Shown piece by piece: positions 37,472 to 46,324 of a stretch of DNA of 64,000 nucleotides (within the stretch, counting starts at the first letter, position 1; the number at the start of each line of letters is the position of its first letter). The stretch lies in contig CAYOEM010000001.1 in NCBI GenBank assembly GCA_964402975.1, positions 365,899 to 429,898 on the forward strand, in the 5' to 3' direction. A model generated the notes under the pieces. It did not search any database and was not told the DNA's origin. It was given only the letters and a program-made list of their open reading frames with translations. A program made the position numbers and the translations under genes. The stretch is from an uncultured Polynucleobacter sp. Its GTDB lineage: Bacteria > Bdellovibrionota_B > Oligoflexia > Oligoflexales > RGVZ01.

Positions 37472-37472
37472 A

Positions 37473-38042
37473 ATGGAGAAGACCTCAAACAAGGCCGTTT
37501 TTGTCGACCGCGACGGTGTTTTAAACGTAGATCTTGGCTACACCTATAGGCCGAGTGACTTAAGGCTAGTCGACGGCGCCATAGACGGCCTCAAAACTCT
37601 CCAAAAAGCTGGATTTCTTATCGTCATGATCACCAACCAGTCGGGAGTGGCGCGCGGATTTTTCTCTCTAGACCATGTCCACCAGTTCAATGAAGCCCTC
37701 ACCCAAGCCATTCAGACACAGATACAGTCCTTCAAGTTTGACGCGGTCATGATCTGCCCCCATCATCCGGAAGGCAAAGTTGCGGAATATTCTGTGCCGT
37801 GTGACTGCAGAAAGCCTGGCACTAAGCTCCTCACTGACGCGGCTGCCAAGTTAAATATCGATCTTAAAAGCAGTTGGCTCGTCGGTGATAAGGCCAGTGA
37901 TATTGAATGCGCCATAAACGCAGGCCTGACCGGTATTCAGGTCGTACGCGGTGGAAAACAGTACCCTCATAGCAAACAGGCCCTGGCGATCGTACCGACT
38001 CTAAAAGAGGCTGCCGATATCATCATCGAGCAATCACTTTGA
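37473..38042 (+). CDS. gmhB: D-glycero-D-manno-heptose 1,7-bisphosphate phosphatase (HAD superfamily)
   Basis: HAD motif I FVDRDGVLN, motif II ITNQSG and the Zn-binding loop CPHHPEGKVAEYSVPCDCRKP. ATG at 37473. Confidence 0.85.
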   Translation: MEKTSNKAVFVDRDGVLNVDLGYTYRPSDLRLVDGAIDGLKTLQKAGFLIVMITNQSGVARGFFSLDHVHQFNEALTQAIQTQIQSFKFDAVMICPHHPEGKVAEYSVPCDCRKPGTKLLTDAAAKLNIDLKSSWLVGDKASDIECAINAGLTGIQVVRGGKQYPHSKQALAIVPTLKEAADIIIEQSL

Positions 38043-38285
38043 TTGTTTAATCTTATCCAAAAGAGCTTTGATTCTTGGACCACAGCGCTGCCCCTGGCAG
38101 CCACCAGAGCCTGTTCCGACCTTGCGGTTAACATCTTGCACCGTCTGACAACCCTCAATTCCGGCTAACACACGGCCAAGGTTGATGCCCTTACAGATGC
38201 AGACGACCTTCGCCATTTGCTTGGCGCGTTCTTCCTGAATCTCTTTTTGACTCTTGTCGCTCAAAAAACTATCTCCAACTTTCAT
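38034..38285 (-). CDS. Bfd-like [2Fe-2S]-binding domain protein
   Basis: VCICKGINLG ... GTGSGGCQGQRCGP gives the four-Cys BFD pattern. The ATG overlaps the stop of the upstream CPBP gene (TGATG). Confidence 0.7.
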   Translation of the reverse strand: MKVGDSFLSDKSQKEIQEERAKQMAKVVCICKGINLGRVLAGIEGCQTVQDVNRKVGTGSGGCQGQRCGPRIKALLDKIKQSK

Positions 38286-38959
38286 CACATGTACAAAACA
38301 CCAAGCTTGGCCAACCAAGCGGGATTAAATGTCGAAAAAATATAAACCGTTGCGTTACAAGCGCTATGAAATGCTATGGCTGGCCACAACTTTCCCCATC
38401 GACGCACAATCATATCACAGCAAATCCCGAGCAGAAATGGGCCCAACATAAACCCGGCCTTTAAACCCACCATCCGCTCCCACGTGGGATGAGTGTGAGC
38501 AACACTAAAAATCAGCGCCGAAAACCAAATCGACCACACAGGACCCGCCAGCCGACTAAGAATAGGCGTCACCCCGGCTCGAAACACAATTTCCTCAAAC
38601 ACAGGGATCACAGTTAAGGTTGCCAGTATATAAACCAGCTCATTAGAGCCTTGGACAGCGTAGGAAGGCCCCGTCTGACTGGTCAAAAAGGCAAGACCAA
38701 AAGCGCCGCTTAGTATAACAATCGATGGTATCCAAGAAAAATAACTTGTGCCGCTAAGTTTGAGAGAGGTGCGAACGGCGTGACTTATAACGTAAAGAAC
38801 CAAGGACATACAGCCGTGGGCAAGGATGACTCCAATCCATGGAGAAACTCTCAAAGAACGTATCACGAGCGAGTATAATTCACCGAAGGCTACTGCTATC
38901 ATTAAAGCGACTAGAGTCACCAAAAAAGTGCCCCAAAAACCGCTCTGGTTAGCTCTCAT
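38285..38959 (-). CDS. CPBP-family (CAAX-type) intramembrane glutamic protease
   Basis: Multi-TM protein with the motifs EEIVFRAG, FSVAHT and AFHSACN. Confidence 0.8.
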   Translation of the reverse strand: MRANQSGFWGTFLVTLVALMIAVAFGELYSLVIRSLRVSPWIGVILAHGCMSLVLYVISHAVRTSLKLSGTSYFSWIPSIVILSGAFGLAFLTSQTGPSYAVQGSNELVYILATLTVIPVFEEIVFRAGVTPILSRLAGPVWSIWFSALIFSVAHTHPTWERMVGLKAGFMLGPFLLGICCDMIVRRWGKLWPAIAFHSACNATVYIFSTFNPAWLAKLGVLYM

Positions 38960-38994
38960 GGAATCACCAAACTTCTGTTGCAGTGCGCCTTGAC

Positions 38995-39996
38995 TTAAGT
39001 CGAGAGGCCTTTCAAAAACACTTCAAGGTTGCGGCGCTGAGATTCGGGGATCTTGGCAAACTTAAGACCGACCTTTCGTCCGCCATCACTTGTCCAGGCT
39101 ACAGTAGCTTTGATTTTGTACTCCTGAAGACTTTTAAGATCGAGATTTGCAAATGGATTTGGCACTGCGACTACTTCGGCCTGAGACGCCTCCACAACAG
39201 ATGCGCCGGAGCGCGCGGAATTTGCATTCTTAGCCCCAGATTTAGACTTTTGAGCGGACTTTGATTTCGACGCTGCACTTAACTTGGCCACTGGTTTTGC
39301 ATTCTTTGATGATGCAACGGCCGTCTTTTTCTGGGCAGCACTCGCGCCAGACTTTGCGGCGTTGATTACCGGCTTTAACACTGAAATTGCTGTTGCTCCT
39401 TGCAAAAGTCCGTTGGGCACTCCCAGGGTCAAAACAAACTCTTCATCTTTGCGAAGTTTGGCTGGACTATTAACAGCCATGCACACTCCGCCAATGCTGA
39501 TATTGATCAAATGACCGTCGTGCTTAGGGGCTCTCTTACCACGACCCTCACCTTTACCGACCATGAGTGATGGGTAGGTCACATCAAAGCGTCTTAGCAG
39601 ACGGTGGCGGTTTATGACGAATTGCTCGATCCTCTTTTCAAGCACGTCATATCGTACTGGCTTAGGAATCCAGCAGCAGGCGTCGTGATAGTGAAAAAGT
39701 TCTTCGCTGACGGCGAAATCGACGATTTTATCGGGATGAGCCGTCATGAAGATAGGACCATTGTAGAACTTCCGAAGTTCTTTGATCAGCGTTACACCGT
39801 CGGCATCTGGCAGATTAAAATCGACCACGATTGCATGGGGGGTGTCTTTCTCCTCGCGGGCTTGCAGATTCATCAAACCGTCTTTTGCGGTAAGTGAGTA
39901 ACTGACGATGGATCCCGGAATTTTGTCTTTGAAGGCTTCACTGCTCATGACCAAACTCGCCTTGGATGCGTCAATAATATGTACTTTGATGGACAT
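38995..39996 (-). CDS. Response-regulator receiver domain fused to a PilZ c-di-GMP-binding domain
   Basis: REC features: acceptor Asp in AIVVDFNLPDADG, T in FMTAHPD and K in WIPKPV. PilZ motifs: LLRRFDV (RxxxR) and NISIGG ([DN]xSxxG). A K/A/S-rich insert lies at residues ~205-280. Confidence 0.8.
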   Translation of the reverse strand: MSIKVHIIDASKASLVMSSEAFKDKIPGSIVSYSLTAKDGLMNLQAREEKDTPHAIVVDFNLPDADGVTLIKELRKFYNGPIFMTAHPDKIVDFAVSEELFHYHDACCWIPKPVRYDVLEKRIEQFVINRHRLLRRFDVTYPSLMVGKGEGRGKRAPKHDGHLINISIGGVCMAVNSPAKLRKDEEFVLTLGVPNGLLQGATAISVLKPVINAAKSGASAAQKKTAVASSKNAKPVAKLSAASKSKSAQKSKSGAKNANSARSGASVVEASQAEVVAVPNPFANLDLKSLQEYKIKATVAWTSDGGRKVGLKFAKIPESQRRNLEVFLKGLST

Positions 39997-40195
39997 GACA
40001 GATTGCTCCTCGTCGACAGTTTAGGGTCATGGGCTTTAGCCATAAAAAGCTTCACACACCCTTTATTATCCCGCCACTTCACGAGCGCAGAAATCGGCAC
40101 TTTTTGCCCAGAAGAGCGCTGACAAAGCCACCCTCTAAAGAAATGCCTCACCGAACCGATACAGCTAGCAGTTTGGTTTTTAAAGTCGGGGGTTT

Positions 40196-41350
40196 ATGCG
40201 CGAACGCATGTCGCAACTTGCAGGCTTAAAAGGAATTACTGCCTTTGTTTGGCTTTGTTCCATGGGCTTTATTTGCGCCAGCACACTCCACGCGGCCGTA
40301 AAACCAGAGATTAGGTCTCGGCAGACTAGAAGCAGCGACACGTTTTTCAATGCCTCCCAGCTTCGATCAAGTCTAAACGTCCCTCTGAACGTTACTCCAA
40401 AATTAATAAGTATCCCGAAAAGACAGGTTAAGGCTCGTCTTGAGAAAACCACATCTGACAACCGTATTGAACCCGTTCAACTGACGGTGAGCAATGATGA
40501 CGAAAAAATATTAGCTCTTGTAGAAAAAATTGCACAGCCTCAGTCAAAGCTAATTGTCGCTAATTACTTGAAACAAAACTTCCCGACAAGCGAGTCCATC
40601 CCTGGAACGTCTCTTCGCTTAGTGAATCTAAACCAATCTATTATTGACCAACTAAAGCCAGATGCATTTGATGCGCTGTTTACCAAAAAGCACAATGTCG
40701 TGAGTATCTCCGGGTCACTCCTACAAAATGATCCGGCTGTTCGCGAAGATCTGCTAAAGCAGGTTGAACCGTTTTTAGGTAAATCTGAACTCAGTAGTCT
40801 AAGATCCAAGATCAAGGCAGGAGACAGCATAAGAATCGACAAAGAGCTTTTGCCAAAATTTGCCCGCAAACGTGTAGGTCGCCATACCATCTATAAGGGA
40901 CCCAACTGTTTTCACGCTGCCCTTGCATTCCAGAGTGACGCGCTCGCATCCAGTAGCCTCGTGAACGTGCGACAAGAGCCGGGCTACCACAGAAATATGG
41001 TCAACTACGATGAACTGTGGCGCGTACTTCAGCTAGCTTTCTACGAAATCGATCCGACGAAATCACCCATGCAATATGGCGATATGATTGTTTTCTTCGA
41101 CATTGCTGACAAAAAGCCAGGGCCCATCGATTTTAAGACTTTACGGCACGCGGCCACATACTTAGTGGGCGGTTACGTCTTCGCCAAGGGATCCAAGAGC
41201 GCTAATAGCCCCTATATCGTCGGCACCTTAGGCGATGAGTGGGACACTTGGACCAAGTACACGAAAAAACTTGGCGTAAAAGTCTTTCGAAGAAACCTCA
41301 AACATGTTACCAAGACCCCGCTGGTGGATCCTCTTGACTGGGTTTACTAG
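40196..41350 (+). CDS. Secreted protein with a putative C-terminal NlpC/P60-like (papain-fold) Cys-His domain
   Basis: Signal peptide (ITAFVWLCSMGFICASTLHA). The C-terminal pattern GPNCFHAAL ... YGDMIVFFD ... LRHAATYLVGGYVFAKG mirrors the NlpC/P60 order Cys ... GDxxxF ... HxxxYxG. Confidence 0.55.
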   Translation: MRERMSQLAGLKGITAFVWLCSMGFICASTLHAAVKPEIRSRQTRSSDTFFNASQLRSSLNVPLNVTPKLISIPKRQVKARLEKTTSDNRIEPVQLTVSNDDEKILALVEKIAQPQSKLIVANYLKQNFPTSESIPGTSLRLVNLNQSIIDQLKPDAFDALFTKKHNVVSISGSLLQNDPAVREDLLKQVEPFLGKSELSSLRSKIKAGDSIRIDKELLPKFARKRVGRHTIYKGPNCFHAALAFQSDALASSSLVNVRQEPGYHRNMVNYDELWRVLQLAFYEIDPTKSPMQYGDMIVFFDIADKKPGPIDFKTLRHAATYLVGGYVFAKGSKSANSPYIVGTLGDEWDTWTKYTKKLGVKVFRRNLKHVTKTPLVDPLDWVY

Positions 41351-41386
41351 CATCTTTGACATCGAACACAGGACCTAGGCACCGCT

Positions 41387-42811
41387 ATGAAGAACAAAGC
41401 GAGATCCCCGCGTGCGCCAATTCAACCCAAAACACCCTCGGGTAAACGAGGTCCTGTATTCAATCCAAATTCTAAAGAATCACCACTTGGGCCAAAGGGC
41501 GTAAAAACCCGCCAGGGCTCAGCCAGCACTAAAATCATGCGCAAAGCGGGCTTTAGCGGCAAGCTTCATCGCGGCCATGTCGTGGATGGAGCCACTGATT
41601 TTGCAACGAGCTGCTCCATAAAGGCCGAATGTGGCGCTTGTAAATACGTAAATACCAACTACGGCGAGTCACTTCGCAGCAAGTTTGAAGCGGGAGTGAA
41701 AACGCTGCAAGAGGCAGGCGTCATCAAAAACGCACAAATTCTTGATCCCATGCCAAGTCCGACACCGCTCGGTTATAGATCCTACTTCAAGCTTGCCATC
41801 AGACCGGCCTCGGCAGGCCAAGTGGCTGCTGCCTTAAGAGAGGGGAAAACAAGACGCTTTGCCATCGGACTGTTTGAGCCAGGTACTCATAAAGTCAGCG
41901 TTGATATGACCAACTGCCCCGTGCACACCAAACCACTCGCAAGCCTACTGGCAGATTTACAAACAGAAATTGAGGCTTCAGTACTTACGCCATTCGATGA
42001 GACGTCAAAATCTGGTGACCTTCGCTATGTGGCTGCTCGCTCTGCTCACCTGACCGGAGAGATCATGCTGACGTTTATCGTCACAAACCCGCAGAAGTTT
42101 GAATTAATTCGACTGGTCAATCGACTGCGTCGCCTCGGTCACAAGATCAATAGCGCTCATATGAATATCAATAACTCCTCAGGCAATGCCATTTTCGGCG
42201 ACGAAACCGTGTTACTTGCTGGCACTCCAGGACTTCGCGAAAGGGTCTGTGATCTTGACATCGAAATTAGCCCTTTAGCGTTCTTTCAGGTGAACCCGTG
42301 GCAGGCGAACAATCTTTATCGCCGAGTTGAAATTCACGCAGGACGCGCGCGGCCCAATGAAACAGCATGGGACCTCTATACGGGCACCGGTCAAATTGCC
42401 CTGCTTCTTGCTCGATCTGGATTTAAAACCTTGGGCATTGAAGAAATCGATGCTGCAGCCTCAGATGCTGCCTTGAATGCACAAAGAAATAAACTATCTG
42501 ACAAAGCACAGTTTCTCGCATCCCGAGTCGAAGATAGTGAGTCACGCTTGCCAGATTGGGCCAAGAACCCCAAAGTTATCGTCGTTAATCCCTCGAGACG
42601 AGGGCTTCACGAAACCGCACGAGCCCACATTACTCACATTCTACGAAGTAACCCTTCCGCAAAACTTATCTATGTGTCGTGCGAGGTTCAAACGCTGGCC
42701 AGAGATCTCAAAGCCCTCGCTGCCGCTGGCCATACGGTCCGTCAAATAGAGGCCTTCGACATGTTTGCCCAGACCGACAAACTAGAGTGGCTCGCCGTTT
42801 TAACAGCCTAA
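41387..42811 (+). CDS. 23S rRNA (uracil-5)-methyltransferase, RumA/RumB (RlmD/RlmC) family
   Basis: Fe-S Cys cluster CSIKAECGACKY plus CPVH. FFQVN motif, SAM site DLYTGTGQIAL, and NPSRRGL and YVSCE (catalytic Cys). Basic ~65-aa N-terminal extension in place of a TRAM domain. Confidence 0.85.
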   Translation: MKNKARSPRAPIQPKTPSGKRGPVFNPNSKESPLGPKGVKTRQGSASTKIMRKAGFSGKLHRGHVVDGATDFATSCSIKAECGACKYVNTNYGESLRSKFEAGVKTLQEAGVIKNAQILDPMPSPTPLGYRSYFKLAIRPASAGQVAAALREGKTRRFAIGLFEPGTHKVSVDMTNCPVHTKPLASLLADLQTEIEASVLTPFDETSKSGDLRYVAARSAHLTGEIMLTFIVTNPQKFELIRLVNRLRRLGHKINSAHMNINNSSGNAIFGDETVLLAGTPGLRERVCDLDIEISPLAFFQVNPWQANNLYRRVEIHAGRARPNETAWDLYTGTGQIALLLARSGFKTLGIEEIDAAASDAALNAQRNKLSDKAQFLASRVEDSESRLPDWAKNPKVIVVNPSRRGLHETARAHITHILRSNPSAKLIYVSCEVQTLARDLKALAAAGHTVRQIEAFDMFAQTDKLEWLAVLTA

Positions 42812-42921
42812 AAAAACACGCCGAATGACCTTAAAATGGGATCTACCCCACGCCCATAAAAGGTGCTATGCTCGGGACCTTTGTGAGTTACGGCCGGCAA
42901 AACTTATGGGGTGATCACAAG

Positions 42922-43788
42922 ATGAGCAGTAATTTTGAAGAAGGAATAATTGCGCCCGAGGGCTCAATGGTCACCTATTCGTCTTATTTAAAAATTACCG
43001 AACTACTCTCCCTTCAACAACCTCTATCCACCCCAAAAGAGCATGACGAAATGCTCTTCATCATTATTCATCAAACCTACGAGCTTTGGTTCAAGCAAAT
43101 TCTCCACGAACTCGATCTCGCCGAGAGGGATTTGGATGCCGATAATCCGCTGGGATCTCTAAAGACCTTAAAGCGCATTTCGACAGTCATGGGTGTTTTG
43201 ACACAGCAGGTCAGCATTCTAGAAACGATGACGCCAAATGACTTCAACCTCTTTCGCTCCAAGCTCAACCCAGCTTCAGGATTTCAAAGCCACCAGTTCA
43301 GAGTTCTTGAGTTTCGTATGGGGCTCAAAGATCAGGCGTTTCTAAAATTTTTTAAAACCAGCTCGACGTCCCTCGCCGCCATGGAACAGGCATTAAAAAA
43401 GCCGGCCTTTCAAGATCATCTCATCGGTTTTCTGGCAAGGCGTGGTTACAAGATCCCTGGAGCCCTTCTGGCTCGCGACGTCTCGAGCCCATGGACTCCG
43501 TCCAAAGAACTCGAGGATATCCTGACTGACATTTACGAAAACCATGCTAAGCATTACGAGGCTTATACACTTTTGGAGTCTCTTTGTGATTTAGATCAGC
43601 AATTCACACTTTGGCGCTACCGCCATGTGGCCATGGTGGAACGCATGATCGGCTCTCGAATTGGCACGGGTGGATCAAGCGGCGTAAAGTACCTGTCTTC
43701 GACGTTATCGAAGAGATTTTTTCCAGAGATCTGGAGCCTTCGAAGCCGACTTGGGTCAGGACTTAATTATGGGCAACCTCAACGCTAG
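42922..43788 (+). CDS. kynA: Tryptophan 2,3-dioxygenase
   Basis: YSSYLKITELLSLQQP ... HDEMLFIIIHQTYELWFKQ ... WRYRHVAMVERMIG ... GTGGSSG are typical TDO motifs. ATG at 42922. Confidence 0.85.
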   Translation: MSSNFEEGIIAPEGSMVTYSSYLKITELLSLQQPLSTPKEHDEMLFIIIHQTYELWFKQILHELDLAERDLDADNPLGSLKTLKRISTVMGVLTQQVSILETMTPNDFNLFRSKLNPASGFQSHQFRVLEFRMGLKDQAFLKFFKTSSTSLAAMEQALKKPAFQDHLIGFLARRGYKIPGALLARDVSSPWTPSKELEDILTDIYENHAKHYEAYTLLESLCDLDQQFTLWRYRHVAMVERMIGSRIGTGGSSGVKYLSSTLSKRFFPEIWSLRSRLGSGLNYGQPQR

Positions 43789-43823
43789 TTGCCCGGTAGC
43801 AATCGGGAAGGGAGTAAAAGCTT

Positions 43824-45026
43824 ATGGAATTAGTGAATAACGTCACCGCAAACATGAGACCCTACCCGATGGAGGAGCTGGCAAAGATTCGCTCCAATCT
43901 GGTTAAAGCGGGAAAGCCCGTTTTTGACTTCGGCACAGGGGACCCAAAGATTCCAACTTGGGAGCCGATACGTAGCGCCATCGTGAATGCTATCCCCACA
44001 ATCAGTCAATATCCAAGCGTCAAAGGCAGCGACACACTGCGCACCTCTCAATTGGGTTACCTCAGCCGCCGCTTTGGAATCATGCCATCACCTGACCTTG
44101 CGGTGATACCGGCTCAAGGAACCAAAGAGGCTATTTTTAATATCGGCCTCTGTTTGATCGGTCGCGAAGGCAAAAAACACCTCATTTACCCGGATCCTGG
44201 CTACCCAGTTTACCGAGCTTCGGCATTATACGCCGGTGGAATTCCCTACCCTGTCCGTGTCACGGCTGAGTCAAACTTTAAACTAGAACCCTGGAAGCTG
44301 CCTCAAGACGTCCAGCAATCGGCCGCCGCCATCTGGATTAATCACCCGCACAACCCAACCGGTGCAAGTGCGACTTATGAGTACTGGCAGGAAATAATCG
44401 CTTGGTGTCACAAGACCAACACCATCCTACTTTCTGACGATTGCTACGTAGACATCTATGACAGCAAGCTAGATCGCGGAATCGATGCAAATCCAAGGCA
44501 AGACAAAAGGCCTCTGACGCCACTACAGTTTAGCTGCGACAGGGTTCTAACTTTCATGAGCCTGTCGAAGCGCTCAGGTTTGACGGGCTACCGAAGCGGT
44601 ATGATCGCAGGCGACGCACGCATCGTAAATTCGCTACTTCAAGCACGCGCAAATTTTGGCGTCGGATCACCTGACTTCATTCAGGCGGGGGCCGCCGTCG
44701 CATGGAATGACGACTCACACGTTGCTGAACGCCGCAAAATCTTCACGGAACGACTCAATGTAGCCGCCCCTTACTTAATGAAGCTTGGACTTTTAGACGC
44801 GATGCCTGACGCTACATTTTATCTGTGGTGTAAAGTGCCAAAATCATACGACGGAGACGACAAGAGGTTCATCCTCGACCTTGCAGAGCAAGGTATTATC
44901 ACAAGCCCAAGTTCATGGCTCAGTGAAGGTCTGACTGGATATTTCAGATTAGCCATGGTTCCAGACACCAAAGATACGGTGCAGGCTATGGAAATACTAT
45001 CTCGTTTCGTCACCAAAACGAGCTAA
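43824..45026 (+). CDS. dapC: Class I/II aminotransferase, probable N-succinyldiaminopimelate aminotransferase
   Basis: PLP-Lys context SLSKRSGLTGYRSG and the NNPxNPTG-like motif NHPHNPTG. Immediately upstream of dapD; the functional assignment rests on this context. Confidence 0.8.
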   Translation: MELVNNVTANMRPYPMEELAKIRSNLVKAGKPVFDFGTGDPKIPTWEPIRSAIVNAIPTISQYPSVKGSDTLRTSQLGYLSRRFGIMPSPDLAVIPAQGTKEAIFNIGLCLIGREGKKHLIYPDPGYPVYRASALYAGGIPYPVRVTAESNFKLEPWKLPQDVQQSAAAIWINHPHNPTGASATYEYWQEIIAWCHKTNTILLSDDCYVDIYDSKLDRGIDANPRQDKRPLTPLQFSCDRVLTFMSLSKRSGLTGYRSGMIAGDARIVNSLLQARANFGVGSPDFIQAGAAVAWNDDSHVAERRKIFTERLNVAAPYLMKLGLLDAMPDATFYLWCKVPKSYDGDDKRFILDLAEQGIITSPSSWLSEGLTGYFRLAMVPDTKDTVQAMEILSRFVTKTS

Positions 45027-45044
45027 CTGTTGGGAGATCAAATC

Positions 45045-45884
45045 ATGTCAGAGACGACTCAGATGAAAAGCCAGATTGAATCCATTCAAGAAAAACTCTC
45101 AAGTGGTGATGACGCCGCTCTTCGCGACGGCCGGCAATGGGTTGAAAAAGTTATGGATAGTCTTGATCGCGGTCTAATCCGAGTGGCTGAAAACATCTCT
45201 GGGGAATGGGCCACTCACGCGTGGGTCAAACAAGCGATCATGATGTATTTTCGAATCATGGAGATGCGCGAGATGGAGGTAGGCCCTTTTATTTTCAGGG
45301 ATAAAATCCCTCTCAAGCGTAACTTTAAAGAATTAAATGTCCGAGTTGTGCCCCCGGCAGTTGCCCGATACGGAAGCTTCCTAGGTTCTGGCGTGGTTTT
45401 AATGCCTTCCTACGTGAATATCGGAGCCTACGTTGGAAGCGGCACCATGGTAGACACCTGGGCCACCGTTGGAAGCTGTGCCCAGATCGGTGCCGGCGTT
45501 CACCTTTCTGGCGGCGTTGGAATCGGCGGTGTTTTAGAGCCGGCGCAAGCCTCGCCCGTCATCGTCGAAGATGGCGCGTTTATTGGCTCAAGAGCTATTA
45601 TTGTTGAAGGCGTAAGAATTTGTAGCCAAGCCGTGGTGGGAGCAAACGTAACATTGACGGCTTCAACACCAATCGTCGACTTACGAACCAGCAGCAAGAC
45701 CATCACAAAAGGCGTTGTGCCAGAACGCTGCGTCGTAGTCCCCGGCACACTCGAAAAAGACGCGCCTCACGGCGGCGGCAAGATTCACACGCAATGCGCC
45801 TATATTCTTGGTGAGAGAAAAGCGTCCACAGATCTCAAAACATCCCTCAATTCCGCACTGCGGGATTTCTCGGTGTCGGTCTGA
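45045..45884 (+). CDS. dapD: 2,3,4,5-tetrahydropyridine-2,6-dicarboxylate N-succinyltransferase
   Basis: Hexapeptide-repeat region (NIGAYVGSGTMVDTWATVGSCAQIGAGVHLSGGVGIGG) with a DapD-type N-terminal domain. ATG at 45045 with a GGGAGA RBS. Confidence 0.9.
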   Translation: MSETTQMKSQIESIQEKLSSGDDAALRDGRQWVEKVMDSLDRGLIRVAENISGEWATHAWVKQAIMMYFRIMEMREMEVGPFIFRDKIPLKRNFKELNVRVVPPAVARYGSFLGSGVVLMPSYVNIGAYVGSGTMVDTWATVGSCAQIGAGVHLSGGVGIGGVLEPAQASPVIVEDGAFIGSRAIIVEGVRICSQAVVGANVTLTASTPIVDLRTSSKTITKGVVPERCVVVPGTLEKDAPHGGGKIHTQCAYILGERKASTDLKTSLNSALRDFSVSV

Positions 45885-46222
45885 TGGCAAAGCTAACCTT
45901 TCTACCATCCAATAAAACGGTGGAAACAACCCCCGACCAAAAGGTTCTGATCGCGGCTCGAAAAAATCAGATCCCCTTGCGATTTGGCTGCGCCTCATGC
46001 CGCTGCGGCACATGTGGTGTCAAGGTCGCGCCGACTGATGCCTTCCATCCAATGTCGCCTGATGAAGCAGCACTGCTTAAAAGAATGCGGTTACCACTAA
46101 CGGGAGAGGTCCGCCTGGCTTGCCAAGCTAAGCAAACGGGCGCGCTGGATGCGCAGGTCGATCTTGCATTTCAGGACACATACTCCCCGGATGATGGGGA
46201 TGGGGACGGCTCGCTGGCCTGA
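45884..46222 (+). CDS. [2Fe-2S] ferredoxin (plant-type fold)
   Basis: Cys pattern C-x4-C-x2-C in CASCRCGTC plus a distal LACQ. The start overlaps the dapD stop (ATGA-type). Confidence 0.8.
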   Translation: MAKLTFLPSNKTVETTPDQKVLIAARKNQIPLRFGCASCRCGTCGVKVAPTDAFHPMSPDEAALLKRMRLPLTGEVRLACQAKQTGALDAQVDLAFQDTYSPDDGDGDGSLA

Positions 46223-46324
46223 GATCCACAAAAAATCTAATAATTTCATAGTATTGGCTCGTTATTTAATAATTTCGGCTAAAATCCGATAATTCACAGA
46301 CTCACGTAGTGGAGACCTCGGTTC

